From: Alphaproteobacteria bacterium UBA828
GTDB lineage: Bacteria; Pseudomonadota; Alphaproteobacteria; UBA828
Assembly: GCA_002296185.1 (NCBI GenBank)
Contig: DBHM01000027.1
Coordinates: 1-59,006, forward strand
Length of the DNA: 59,006 bases
Direction: 5' to 3'
Shown here: piece after piece, positions 26,068 to 36,159 of the stretch
How positions within the stretch are numbered: the stretch's first letter is position 1
Layout of the letters: each line of letters starts with the position of its first letter
Translations under genes and position numbers: made by a program
Notes under the pieces: model-generated
Databases searched by the model: none
What the model was told of the DNA's origin: nothing
The model's input: the letters and a program-made list of their open reading frames with translations, nothing else

Positions 26068-27393
26068 GTGCAGATGATCAAATATGATCAGAAAATATGG
26101 CAGAGAGATAAAGCAAGCAACCTTTTGCCAACTAAGACAACATTAGTGCGCTCTCGAACCTTGGTAATGATTCGTTGGATAGCAGTAATTGGTCAGCTTG
26201 TCAGCCTGTTAACTGTATATTATGCGTTAGATTTCGATTTTCCTATCCTATACTGTTTGTTAACAGTAGGTCTGTCAGCGACTTTAAATATATTTATTTT
26301 TTTTAGAGGTGGCCAAAATCCTAATCTGAGTGAAAATGAGGCCGGTTTTTATCTTTCATTCGATATAATCCAGTTGGGGTTACTGATTGGATTAACAGGG
26401 GGGCTTCAAAATCCATTTGCAATTTTATTTTTAGTCCCAGTAATGATCTCAGCTACTAATTTACCAATTAGATCTACAATTATATTATCTCTTCTGGTTA
26501 TTCTTTCTGTCTCGATGCTCTCAATTTTTCATCGGCCATTACCTTGGGGCAATGAAATATTACTTTTATCAAATTTATATTTAGTCGCTATTTGGGTTGC
26601 ATTGGTCATATCTACAGTTGTTATAGCTGCTTATGCAGCGAGAATATCGGTAGAGGGGAGTAATATGGCCAAGGCTCTTCAAGCTAGTCAAATGGCTTTA
26701 GCTCGTGAACAGCGTTTGTCCGCTATTGGTGCATTGGCAGCAGCAGCAGCACATCAGCTTGGCACGCCTCTTGGTACTATCGCAGTCGCCTCTAAGGAGC
26801 TTGTGCGTGATCTTCCCATTGAAAGTCATGCTAATAAGGATGCCCAATTAATTCGTGATGAAGTTGTTAGGTGCCGCGAGATTCTTAATCAATTATCTGT
26901 TTCAGAAACAGAAGAAGATACGATTTATAGCCGCATTCAAGCTACTGATCTTATAGAGGCAGCAGCAAGTCCACATCTTAGGCAGGGTAAAAATTTTATT
27001 ATCCATGATAAAACTGCAGATAATAAATTAAAACTCCTAATCCCGCGTAGAGCGGAAATCATGCATAGTTTAGGAAATATTCTTGAGAATGCCCTCTATT
27101 TTGCCAAAACTAGTGTAACAGCAGAAATAGAATGGCAAGAAAAAAAATTGATAATAGAAATACTTGACGATGGTCCAGGTTTCTCTCCTAATGTTTTAAT
27201 GCGATTAGGTGAGCCTTATATTTCTACTCGAGGTCAGGATAACGGACATGGGCTGGGATTATTTATAGCAAAAAATCTTATTGAAAGAACTGGCGGTGAC
27301 ATAGATTTTAAAAATAATCCTTTGGTTGGGGCAAAAGTAAGAGTACTATGGCCTGTTAATGTTATTGAGTCACTCACTGCAACAAGTGTTTAG
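26068..27393 (+). CDS. regB: Redox-sensing histidine kinase RegB/PrrB/ActS
   Basis: LVMIRWIAVIGQ, quinone-binding GGLQNPF, H-box AAHQLGTPL, redox Cys in RCREIL, N-box ENA, DDGPGF, GHGLGL. Confidence 0.92.
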   Translation: MQMIKYDQKIWQRDKASNLLPTKTTLVRSRTLVMIRWIAVIGQLVSLLTVYYALDFDFPILYCLLTVGLSATLNIFIFFRGGQNPNLSENEAGFYLSFDIIQLGLLIGLTGGLQNPFAILFLVPVMISATNLPIRSTIILSLLVILSVSMLSIFHRPLPWGNEILLLSNLYLVAIWVALVISTVVIAAYAARISVEGSNMAKALQASQMALAREQRLSAIGALAAAAAHQLGTPLGTIAVASKELVRDLPIESHANKDAQLIRDEVVRCREILNQLSVSETEEDTIYSRIQATDLIEAAASPHLRQGKNFIIHDKTADNKLKLLIPRRAEIMHSLGNILENALYFAKTSVTAEIEWQEKKLIIEILDDGPGFSPNVLMRLGEPYISTRGQDNGHGLGLFIAKNLIERTGGDIDFKNNPLVGAKVRVLWPVNVIESLTATSV

Positions 27394-27403
27394 GAATTAG
27401 AGT

Positions 27404-27982
27404 ATGTTATCTAGCGCAGCTGATTCAGAAAAAATTTATGATAATCAAGATAAGGATGAATCTAAGACACTGCTACTAGTTGATGATGATCAATCATTTC
27501 GACACCGGCTTTCAGTTGCTTTGGAAAGGCGCGGTTATTTAGTTACTTCATCCCCGGGTGTTAAAGATGCTTCTAATGTTGCTAAAGAGTTAAAACCAAA
27601 ATTTGCTGTGGTTGATCTTCGAATGCCCGACGGTAACGGATTAGACGTAGTGAGGGCAGTCCGTGATTCCAATCCATATGCTAGAATTATAGTTCTAACA
27701 GGCTATGGTAATATAGCTACAGCTGTAGCGGCCGTTAAGAATGGTGCTATTGACTACTTGGCAAAGCCTGCAGATGCCGACGAAATAGATGCAGCCCTCA
27801 ATATGGGTGAAAGAGTTTTACCTCCACCACCCGAAAATCCTATGTCTGCAGATAGGGTAAAATGGGAACATATACAGAGAGTTTTTGAGCAGTGCGACCG
27901 GAATGTATCTGAGACAGCAAGGCGGTTGGGAATGCACCGTAGAACATTGCAACGAATATTAGCTAAATATTCTCCGAATTAA
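27404..27982 (+). CDS. regA: Response regulator RegA/PrrA/ActR
   Basis: LLVDDD, VVDLR, GYGNIATAVAAVK, PPPPENPMSADRVKWEHIQRVFEQCDRNVSETARRLGMHRRTLQRIL. Confidence 0.97.
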   Translation: MLSSAADSEKIYDNQDKDESKTLLLVDDDQSFRHRLSVALERRGYLVTSSPGVKDASNVAKELKPKFAVVDLRMPDGNGLDVVRAVRDSNPYARIIVLTGYGNIATAVAAVKNGAIDYLAKPADADEIDAALNMGERVLPPPPENPMSADRVKWEHIQRVFEQCDRNVSETARRLGMHRRTLQRILAKYSPN

Positions 27983-28017
27983 TCTCTATTTAGAGAAGAT
28001 AATTGTATGTTTTAAAA

Positions 28018-28638
28018 CTAAAAAGTTTTTTTGGAGATTGTTTCCTCGTCCATATATGATTGTCGAAGATATTGAGAAATAATATGCATTATAGAATGGT
28101 GTATATCTTCAATTATTCCATAATTATTTCCAAAAACATGTATATTGATATCAGCTATTGACGCCGAGCGTCCGCCATCAAACCCGGTGAGTGAAATTGT
28201 ATTAAGTTTGTTCTGCGAAGCCCATTGAGTGGCTCTAACAATATTTTCAGAGTCCCCTGAGGCACTAATAGTAATTAATGTATCTCCAGGTTGTGCAGAA
28301 GTAGAGAGCTGATATGAGAAACAATCTTCATAGGATATATCATTTGATATCGCAGTAATTATTTCTAAGTTAGAACTTAGACTTATTACTTTAGGTTTGA
28401 TGTGTGTATCCGTTTGTATGCATTTCGCAAAGTCACATAGGAGGTGATTTGCAATAGCTGCGGAGCCACCATTCCCGCAGACATAAAGCCACTTTCCTTC
28501 GTTAAAGCAGGATTCTATAGTATTTGCGGCTGTGGAGATTGCCTCTCGATCAAGTAAGGCGGCTGCCTCTGAGAGATTCTTAAAATATTCATCACAAAAT
28601 CTATCTACTGAAACAAATTTCTTGTCAGGAAAGGTCAT
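28018..28638 (-). CDS. gmhA: SIS-domain phosphoheptose (sedoheptulose-7-P) isomerase-like protein
   Basis: CGNGGSAAIANH, AISND, ISASGDSENI, LTGFDGG, EDIH...H. Confidence 0.8.
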   Translation of the reverse strand: MTFPDKKFVSVDRFCDEYFKNLSEAAALLDREAISTAANTIESCFNEGKWLYVCGNGGSAAIANHLLCDFAKCIQTDTHIKPKVISLSSNLEIITAISNDISYEDCFSYQLSTSAQPGDTLITISASGDSENIVRATQWASQNKLNTISLTGFDGGRSASIADINIHVFGNNYGIIEDIHHSIMHIISQYLRQSYMDEETISKKTF

Positions 28639-28733
28639 TTACTCATTCCATACATTTTTAGTTAATAAATAATAGAACTTTCTTAAATATATATTATTTT
28701 TTAGAGATATTGCCAGTTAATGAGCATTATTAA

Positions 28734-29360
28734 TCATGTAAGGGCCGATTCAACGTCATGTGGTGCTACTTTTACATGGACAGAAAAATTGGAGTCCGCA
28801 ATAGATAGTGCTGCTTTTAAGTGTTTTTTTCCATTTCCTGAAGAAACTAGCCATCCTTGATTTAGCCCGGCCCTTTTACCTGCTTGGAGATCAACTATTG
28901 AATCTCCAACAATAATACTTTGTGTAAGGTCTAGTTTTAGATCTTTGGCTGCTGTGAGGAGCATACCTGGGTTAGGCTTCCTATAGTTTGTAGGTTCATT
29001 TGGATGGTCTGGACAAGCATAAATTGCATCGAAATGTGCTCCTAAAGATTCACATTCAAGCATTATTTTATCATTTACTTTAGAAAAGGCATTCCAATCA
29101 AAATATCCCCGTGATATTCCGGATTGGTTAGTTATCATTATAACTTTGATACCGTTGTTATTGGCTTTATAAATTAATTCGATTATACCATTAATTATTT
29201 TTACCTTACTTGGATCATCAAGATAACTAATCAATTGTATTATAGTTCCATCGCGATCAAGAAATAGTCCACGGTTTTTTAATTTTAATCCTTCTGGTCT
29301 ATTTCTTATTTCTCTCCATATCCCATCATATATATTGGGGTGTTTTAAGGTTTTATTCAT
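28734..29360 (-). CDS. gmhB: HAD-IIIA D,D-heptose-1,7-bisphosphate phosphatase-like protein
   Basis: FLDRDGT, TNQSGI, RKPNPGML, VGDSIVD; lacks the CxC zinc pair. Confidence 0.82.
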   Translation of the reverse strand: MNKTLKHPNIYDGIWREIRNRPEGLKLKNRGLFLDRDGTIIQLISYLDDPSKVKIINGIIELIYKANNNGIKVIMITNQSGISRGYFDWNAFSKVNDKIMLECESLGAHFDAIYACPDHPNEPTNYRKPNPGMLLTAAKDLKLDLTQSIIVGDSIVDLQAGKRAGLNQGWLVSSGNGKKHLKAALSIADSNFSVHVKVAPHDVESALT

Positions 29361-30313
29361 TAAATACGTACTCTACCCAGGCTATATTCGGATTTAAACC
29401 AATCATATAACCTATTTATACCGTCTCTTAAATTAATCTTAGGTTTCCACCCCAGTTCAGAGATTTTTTCTGAGTTTATAAGTTTGCGTGGTGTGCCATC
29501 TGGCATAGACTTATCGAAAAATATTTCTCCTTTGTATTCAACAATATCAGAGATAATTTTAGCTAAATGATTAATTGTTATATCTTTTCCACTTCCAATA
29601 TTTATTGGTTGGTAGTCTGAATAATTCTTTAGAGCATAAACCATTCCTTCAGCTGCGTCGTCTGAATGGAGGAACTCTCTTCGTGGTTTTCCCGAGCCCC
29701 AAAGAATTACTCGTTGAGCATTCTTTTCTTTAGCCTTATGAAATTTCATTATAAGTGCAGGTATAACGTGGCTATTCTCCTCGTTAAAAAGGTCTCCTGG
29801 TCCATAGAGGTTAGTCGGCATTACAGAAATGAAATCATTTCCATATTCTTTTCTGTACGCATCGCACAACATTACTCCAGAGATTTTAGCAATCGCATAC
29901 CATTGGTTTGTTGCTTCAAGTGGACCGCCAAGCATATCAGGTTCAGAAATAGGTTGTGCAGCATATTTAGGGTATATACATGATGAACCAAGCATCATTA
30001 GTTTTTCAACTTTATTGAGTTTTGCTGAATTAATAATGTTTGATTCTATCATTAAATTATCATATAGGAACTGAGCGGGTTGATTGTCATTGGCTTTTAT
30101 TCCTCCCACCTTTGCTGCCGAAATTATTATTGCGTGAGGTTTGTTATTTAAAACCCAAGATTCAACTTCCTCCTGTCTCCTGAGGTCAAGTTTTTCCTTT
30201 GGACATGTAATAATTTCACAATTTTCATTAGAGAGGACACGTGATAATGCCTGTCCCACCATTCCGTTATGTCCGGCAAGCCATATTCGTTTTCCTGATA
30301 AAGAATATACCAC
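29360..30313 (-). CDS. fcl: GDP-L-fucose synthase (GDP-4-keto-6-deoxymannose epimerase/reductase)
   Basis: AGHNGMVG, AAKVGGI, LGSSCIYPK, YAIAK, MPTNLYGP, SHVIPALI, WGSGKPRREFLH, DGTPRK. Confidence 0.95.
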   Translation of the reverse strand: MVYSLSGKRIWLAGHNGMVGQALSRVLSNENCEIITCPKEKLDLRRQEEVESWVLNNKPHAIIISAAKVGGIKANDNQPAQFLYDNLMIESNIINSAKLNKVEKLMMLGSSCIYPKYAAQPISEPDMLGGPLEATNQWYAIAKISGVMLCDAYRKEYGNDFISVMPTNLYGPGDLFNEENSHVIPALIMKFHKAKEKNAQRVILWGSGKPRREFLHSDDAAEGMVYALKNYSDYQPINIGSGKDITINHLAKIISDIVEYKGEIFFDKSMPDGTPRKLINSEKISELGWKPKINLRDGINRLYDWFKSEYSLGRVRI

Positions 30314-30333
30314 GAGAAAAAAATCCTATCCTA

Positions 30334-31404
30334 TTATTCTTGTAAAATACGTTTTTCCTTATCAATGAGTTTTATATCAGCATTGACCATTTCTTGAACA
30401 AGATCTTTAAACGGTGTGCTGTGCACCCAACCTAAGATTTCTTTAGCTTTGCTTGGGTCACCAAGAAGAATATCAACTTCTGAAGGCCGAAAATAACGAG
30501 CATCAACTTCAATTAATTTAGATCCTGTTTGAGAATCTCTACCTATCTCTTCTACCCCATTACCTTCCCAAACAATTGTTCTACCAATTTGGGAAAAGGC
30601 AAGTTCAACAAATTCGCGCACAGAATGAGTTTCCCCTGTTGCCAGGACGTAGTCGTCTGGAACATCCTGTTGCAGTATTTTCCACATACCTTCTACATAG
30701 TCACGCGCATGCCCCCAATCACGCTTGGCATCAAGATTTCCTAGATACAGTTTCTCTTGTAAACCTCTATCAATTGCTGCAACAGCTCGAGTGATTTTTC
30801 TAGTTACAAAGGTTTCTCCCCTTATTGGACTTTCATGGTTAAAAAGAATCCCATTAGATGCATGATACCCATATGCTTCTCTATAATTTATTGTTATCCA
30901 GTAAGCATATAGCTTTGCTGTGGCATATGGGCTGCGAGGAGAAAAAGGCGTATTTTCATTTTGAGGTATTTCTTTAGTATTCCCATAAAGCTCAGAAGTT
31001 GAAGCTTGATAAAAGCGACAAGAATTCCCGAGTCTTAGTATTCTTATTGCTTCTAGCAGCCTGAGTGTTCCTAATGAATCTGAGTTAGCTGTATATTCAG
31101 GAGTTTCAAAGCTTACTTGAACATGACTCTGGGCAGCAAGATTATATATCTCATTGGGTTGAATGTCTTGGAGAAGTCTAATCAGATTAGTAGCATCAGT
31201 CATATCCCCGTAGTGCATATGAAAATTAACACCATCTATATGAGGATCACGGTAAAGATGGTCAACTCTTGCTGTATTGAAGGAAGAAGACCGTCTTTTA
31301 ATGCCATGAACAGTATAGCCTTTTCTTAAAAGGAGTTCGGCTAGGAGTGCGCCATCCTGCCCGGTGACTCCAGTTATTAATGCTATTTTATTTTTATTGC
31401 TCAA
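30334..31404 (-). CDS. gmd: GDP-mannose 4,6-dehydratase
   Basis: [61 protein letters not shown]. Confidence 0.97.
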   Translation of the reverse strand: MSNKNKIALITGVTGQDGALLAELLLRKGYTVHGIKRRSSSFNTARVDHLYRDPHIDGVNFHMHYGDMTDATNLIRLLQDIQPNEIYNLAAQSHVQVSFETPEYTANSDSLGTLRLLEAIRILRLGNSCRFYQASTSELYGNTKEIPQNENTPFSPRSPYATAKLYAYWITINYREAYGYHASNGILFNHESPIRGETFVTRKITRAVAAIDRGLQEKLYLGNLDAKRDWGHARDYVEGMWKILQQDVPDDYVLATGETHSVREFVELAFSQIGRTIVWEGNGVEEIGRDSQTGSKLIEVDARYFRPSEVDILLGDPSKAKEILGWVHSTPFKDLVQEMVNADIKLIDKEKRILQE

Positions 31405-31740
31405 TTAGTTTTCCTCACTCATTCCATGCAAATTACTAAAAATTGTTTAAGAAAAAAATCACATGAATATGAGTAAACTATAACAATAGTTATGAGGCAA
31501 ACAATCTAAATTCTATATCGAGATATTATTTGAAAATAAGGTAGTAGGTAAATTAATTGATAAGGTTTAAGTTGGGTAAATGTTCAATACGGGCTATGCT
31601 AGAAAACCTGAGGGATAAGTCAGATTTATTGGTCAAAATTACAGAATTAATTAGCGGACGACCTAGCAGAATTTGTTCATGTGGGGCACAATCAAATGAA
31701 TAGATGGTATTTCTTTATCCTTAGAGGTTAGAGTTGGTAT

Positions 31741-33330
31741 ATGAGAAATTTTCAATTACCTGGGCGCTCCCCAGTTTTTGGGTGCCATGGAGCTGTAGCT
31801 ACTTCACACCCTCTAGCAACCCAGGTCGCTGCAGATATTTTGAAGTCCGGTGGAAATGCCATTGACGCAGCTGTGGCTTCTGCCGCTACACTAAGTGTTG
31901 TTGAGCCTCAATCAACAGGCATAGGCGGCGATTGCTTTGCTCTTTGCGCTATAAATGGGAAGGTGCCGCCTGTGGCTATAAATGGTTCAGGATATGCTCC
32001 TGCAGCCGCGAAACCGGAGTGGTTTAGTGAAAATAATATTACTAATATAGACTCTGACAGTCCTCATGCGGTTACTGTTCCGGGCGCGGTAAGAACATGG
32101 GAAAAGCTTATCTCAGATTATGGCACTAGATCTTTAGGAGAGCTTCTAAAGCCAGCAATTAACTATGCTCGTGACGGATATGTAGTTTCTCCCAGAGTCT
32201 CAGTAGACTGGAAAAACAATCAGGAAAAGCTCTCTGGCTGTGATAACGCATCAAGAATTTTTCTTAAAGAAGGAGCTCCTCCAGATGCAGGGACAATTCA
32301 TAAGCAGCCTGAATTGGCTGACACACTTGAATTAATATCTAGAGAAGGTGCTGATATTTTATATGAAGGGTGTTTAGCTGAGGAGCTTGTTACATACTTA
32401 CGTTCACTAGGTAGCTTAATGACAGTTGATGATTTTTCCTCTTTTACACCAAAGTATGTTAATCCGATTTACACTAACTATCGTGGATATGATGTATATG
32501 AATGTCCCCCTAATGGGCAAGGTGTAATTGCGTTATTAATGTTGAAAATTCTGTCAGGTTATGACGCAAAAGAATTAGATCCTTTGGGAGTTGATAGATT
32601 TCACCTTGAGGCAGAGATAGCTAAACTAGCATACAGAGATCGATCAATATTTTTAGCTGACCCTGACAAGGTGGAAGTACCTTTAGAATATTTACTTTCA
32701 GATTCTCATGCGGAGGAACTGCGATCAAAAATTAGCATGAGGAAGGCAATATCTAATTTATCTATAACAGATAAATTTAATCATCGTGATACTGTATATT
32801 TAGCTACAGTGGATAGTAGGGGAAATTTTGTTTCATTTATAAATTCACTCTTTCATCCTTTTGGGTCAGGCCTTTGTTCGCCTAAATCTGGAATCATATT
32901 TCAAAATCGTGGATCTAGTTTTTCGTTAGACAAAAATCATATGAATTGTATAGCGGGACACAAAAGGCCGATGCATACTATAATTCCAGGTATTCTCAGT
33001 AAGAATAATTCAGCTATTATGGCGTTTGGTGTAATGGGTGGGCATTATCAAGCTTGTGGCCATATGCATATTTTATCTAATCTCATAGATTATGATATGG
33101 ATATTCAAGAGGCCTTAGACTTTCCCAGGGGATTTTCTTTTGAAGATAGCTATGATTTGGAATCTACAATTCCACATTCTGTTGCATCAGGTCTACAAGA
33201 TAGGGGGCACAAAATAAATTGGGTAGAGGAAGGTATAGGTGGTGGCCAAATAGTTAGTATGGATTTGGCTAGTGGTGTAATATCTGGCGCTTCAGAGCCC
33301 CGCAAGGATGGCGTAGCGCTGGCTTGGTAG
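31741..33330 (+). CDS. Gamma-glutamyltransferase-family Ntn hydrolase, YwrD/HpxW-like, no signal peptide
   Basis: ATSHPLA, GGNAIDAA, TGIGGD, PPNGQG, autoprocessing site RD|TVYL, GSG...QNRG, RPMHTIIPG (not the RPLSSM of classic GGT), GVMGG. Confidence 0.88.
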   Translation: MRNFQLPGRSPVFGCHGAVATSHPLATQVAADILKSGGNAIDAAVASAATLSVVEPQSTGIGGDCFALCAINGKVPPVAINGSGYAPAAAKPEWFSENNITNIDSDSPHAVTVPGAVRTWEKLISDYGTRSLGELLKPAINYARDGYVVSPRVSVDWKNNQEKLSGCDNASRIFLKEGAPPDAGTIHKQPELADTLELISREGADILYEGCLAEELVTYLRSLGSLMTVDDFSSFTPKYVNPIYTNYRGYDVYECPPNGQGVIALLMLKILSGYDAKELDPLGVDRFHLEAEIAKLAYRDRSIFLADPDKVEVPLEYLLSDSHAEELRSKISMRKAISNLSITDKFNHRDTVYLATVDSRGNFVSFINSLFHPFGSGLCSPKSGIIFQNRGSSFSLDKNHMNCIAGHKRPMHTIIPGILSKNNSAIMAFGVMGGHYQACGHMHILSNLIDYDMDIQEALDFPRGFSFEDSYDLESTIPHSVASGLQDRGHKINWVEEGIGGGQIVSMDLASGVISGASEPRKDGVALAW

Positions 33331-33364
33331 GGAGGGTTAAAAAAGGAAAAATTTTATATCTTCG

Positions 33365-34339
33365 TTATACATTCGAAGAACGTTGTTTTAGCAGTCCATA
33401 AACAATATTAATTGTAGGTGTCGGTACTCCAACAAGTTTTCCAATTTCTGCTACTGACCCTAAAATAGGGTCAGTTTCCATAGGTCTGCCAAGTTCAAGG
33501 TCTTGCAACATAGATGTTTTATGTTGTCCTACTGATTTTGCTCCTTCTATGCGTGTATCAACATCTATATTAAATTTAGCGCCTAAACGTTCTCCAATTG
33601 CCTGCCCTTCTAGCATCATTGTTCTAGCTAGAGCCCTAGTTTCATGGTTGACACATATCTCTTCAAGAGTTGCTCCAGTAAGAGCACTAATGGGATTAAA
33701 TGCTAAGTTACCCCATAATTTCATCCAGATATCCGAGCGAATATCTGATCTTATTGGAGATTTAAATCCTGCACTTATTAATAATTTGCTTAGTTTAATA
33801 ATACGGTCGGATTTACTGCCGTTTGGTTCTCCAATGGGTAGACGTTTTTGACTGATATGAGGTTGCATTTCAATTATTCCGGGAGATATAATCTGGGCAG
33901 CTGGGTAAACAACTGTTCCTATAACTCTCTCAGGCGTAATTTTGTTCCATTGAAGATTATCTGGATCAACACTCCTTATTTTGTAATTTTCCCACCTTCC
34001 CGCTAACTTATAGAAATACCACCAAGGTAAGCCATTCTGTGCATTAATAACTGATGTTTCTTGACCTATTAACGGATTAATTAGCTCGTAAGGGGATGCA
34101 GATGAATGTGCTTTTAGAGTTATAAACACGTAGTCGTGAACACCTGCCTCCTTTGGATCATTAATACAACGCGGTCTAGCAACTATTTCTTCACCTTCAG
34201 TTTTTATAGTTACACCATTATCTTGCATAACTTTAAGATGCTTTCCGCGAGCAATAAGTGTTACGTCAGCCCCTGCCAATGAAAGTTCTGCCCCTATATA
34301 AGCCCCTATTGCACCGGCGCCAAATATACATATACGCAT
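33365..34339 (-). CDS. Ketopantoate-reductase-family protein, probable oxalyl-CoA reductase (PanE2-like)
   Basis: FGAGAIG, TLKAH, AQNGLPWWYFY, KLWGNLAFNPISAL, KTSMLQD..GRPME; 1-nt overlap with the upstream CoA ligase. Confidence 0.8.
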   Translation of the reverse strand: MRICIFGAGAIGAYIGAELSLAGADVTLIARGKHLKVMQDNGVTIKTEGEEIVARPRCINDPKEAGVHDYVFITLKAHSSASPYELINPLIGQETSVINAQNGLPWWYFYKLAGRWENYKIRSVDPDNLQWNKITPERVIGTVVYPAAQIISPGIIEMQPHISQKRLPIGEPNGSKSDRIIKLSKLLISAGFKSPIRSDIRSDIWMKLWGNLAFNPISALTGATLEEICVNHETRALARTMMLEGQAIGERLGAKFNIDVDTRIEGAKSVGQHKTSMLQDLELGRPMETDPILGSVAEIGKLVGVPTPTINIVYGLLKQRSSNV

Positions 34340-35850
34340 TATCCTAAACCTAATTTTTTTGCGAGACCTGATCTCTGGAGTTTTCCAGTAGGACCCTTTG
34401 GTATCTCTTCTAAAAAAACAATCTGTCTCGGAATTTTAAAATTAGAAAGTTTTTTTTCTAAAAAATTTTGAAGATCTTTTTCACTGACTGTTTCTCCATC
34501 GCATAAAACAACTGCAGCCGCAACATCTTCTCCTAGCTTGTCGTGGGGAACAGCAAATACCAAAGACTGGTGAACGCTCGGATGCTCAGAGAGAACATCA
34601 TCAACTTCATTCGGGGATATTTTTTCTCCACCACGATTTATAATCTCTTTGAGTCTTCCGGTAAGCTTAAGGTAGCCGCTTTGATCTAATATTCCTTGAT
34701 CTCCAGTTCGAAACCAGCCATTAACGTATGCATAGGTATTTGCTTCTTGATTATTTTCGTAACCAGATGTTACATTTTCACCACGTATTACAACCTCTCC
34801 TTCTTTACCGCTCGGTAAGATATTTCCATCATTATCAATTATTGCAATTTCAGGACCAGCTGCTAGACCTACATGACCGGGAAGCCGCTTAGTTGGAGGC
34901 AGTGGATTGCTTGCCATTTGGTGAGCTGCTTCAGTCATGCCATAAGACTCGATAACAGGGCAGTCAAATTTATTTTCTAAATCAATCATAACTGAAGAAG
35001 GTAAGGGCGCTGATGAGGAACGTATAAAACGAAGTCTATTCTTTTTAATTATATTATTATTACGTGGTGCACGTGCTAAAATTGCTTGGTGCATTGTCGG
35101 CACCCCAGTATACCATGTGGGTTTTTCAGAATCTAACCAGGAAAAAAATTTAAGCGCATTAAACCCTGGAGAGCAGGAGATGCTGGCCCCAGCATTTAGT
35201 GAAGATAGTACGGCTGCAACAAGACCGTGTATATGAAATAATGGCATAATATTTAGGCATATATCTTTTTCACTCAGTGCCAACCATGAAGAAATATTAT
35301 TTGCTGAATAAGCCAGATTTTTCTGTGATAGTGGAACTATCTTAGGTTTTGATGTTGTACCTGATGTATGCAAAACAAGTGCTTCATCTTCTTCATGTAA
35401 TCCATTTGTATTGTAGTATGTGTCTGAACTGGAACCTTCAAGTTCGAAGCTGCCTGCGGGATTTTGTGGCTGTGAAATAAGATATATGACCTTAATCCCA
35501 AGATCTTTTGCAATTTTTATTGCAGGAGAATTGTCACCATAATCCACAATTACTGCCCTAGCATTTAAGTCTTTAAGATAGTATTCAAATTCTTCTGGGC
35601 GATATGCCGGATTTAGAGGGGCCGCTGATGCCATAGAAGATACTGTGATAAATGCAGTAGCCATTTCGGGCCCATTATTAGCTATAATTGCAACTCTATC
35701 ATTTCTTCTGATCCCGAATTCTTGAAGTTTTAAAATGGACTTCTCAACCAAAGTCCTGAGTTCTAGATAATTAAGATAATTTCTGTCAGGAGCTTTAATT
35801 GCTGGGTCATAATCTTTGCCATAGCTAAGTAATTTAGAAATTGTATTCAT
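34339..35850 (-). CDS. Acyl-CoA synthetase, probable oxalate-CoA ligase (Oxs/AAE3/Pcs60-like)
   Basis: APLNPAY, LHTSGTTSKPK, MPLFHIHGL, PGFNALKFF, TWYTGVPTMHQ, RFIRSSS, YGMTEAAHQMASNPLPP, INRGGEKI. Confidence 0.85.
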   Translation of the reverse strand: MNTISKLLSYGKDYDPAIKAPDRNYLNYLELRTLVEKSILKLQEFGIRRNDRVAIIANNGPEMATAFITVSSMASAAPLNPAYRPEEFEYYLKDLNARAVIVDYGDNSPAIKIAKDLGIKVIYLISQPQNPAGSFELEGSSSDTYYNTNGLHEEDEALVLHTSGTTSKPKIVPLSQKNLAYSANNISSWLALSEKDICLNIMPLFHIHGLVAAVLSSLNAGASISCSPGFNALKFFSWLDSEKPTWYTGVPTMHQAILARAPRNNNIIKKNRLRFIRSSSAPLPSSVMIDLENKFDCPVIESYGMTEAAHQMASNPLPPTKRLPGHVGLAAGPEIAIIDNDGNILPSGKEGEVVIRGENVTSGYENNQEANTYAYVNGWFRTGDQGILDQSGYLKLTGRLKEIINRGGEKISPNEVDDVLSEHPSVHQSLVFAVPHDKLGEDVAAAVVLCDGETVSEKDLQNFLEKKLSNFKIPRQIVFLEEIPKGPTGKLQRSGLAKKLGLG

Positions 35851-36159
35851 TTTTAACTACTTTTTTCTTCAGTATTGATTTGTAATATCATCTAGAATCA
35901 TACAATTATAATGTTTCTGCTTTAATTTTCATAATCCATAGAGCATTAAAAATTTAAATTCTTAAATAAGTCTTATAGATCATTGTTTATTGGACATTCA
36001 ACTAATGGTATTTTGGCAGGGATTCATCCATCGGGCAAACTGATAGAGTGGGTATTTCGTAAATATAGATTTTAGTCTTTAAATTATTGTTTTATTTTTT
36101 TATTTATAATTAAGTTTTTTTATTTAATTAAAGGTTTTAACAGAGTCTTAGGAGATATT

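Noticed and set aside
31596-31703. 35-aa ORF MLENLRDKSDLLVKITELISGRPSRICSCGAQSNE upstream of the GGT homolog
   Set aside because: No SD, no recognisable motif, and length expected by chance.
36029-36050. GGGCAAAC...AGAGTGGG resembling a c-di-GMP-I riboswitch
   Set aside because: The pairing arm and GNRA loop between the two words are missing, and the downstream GACGCAAAGCC/P2 elements are absent.
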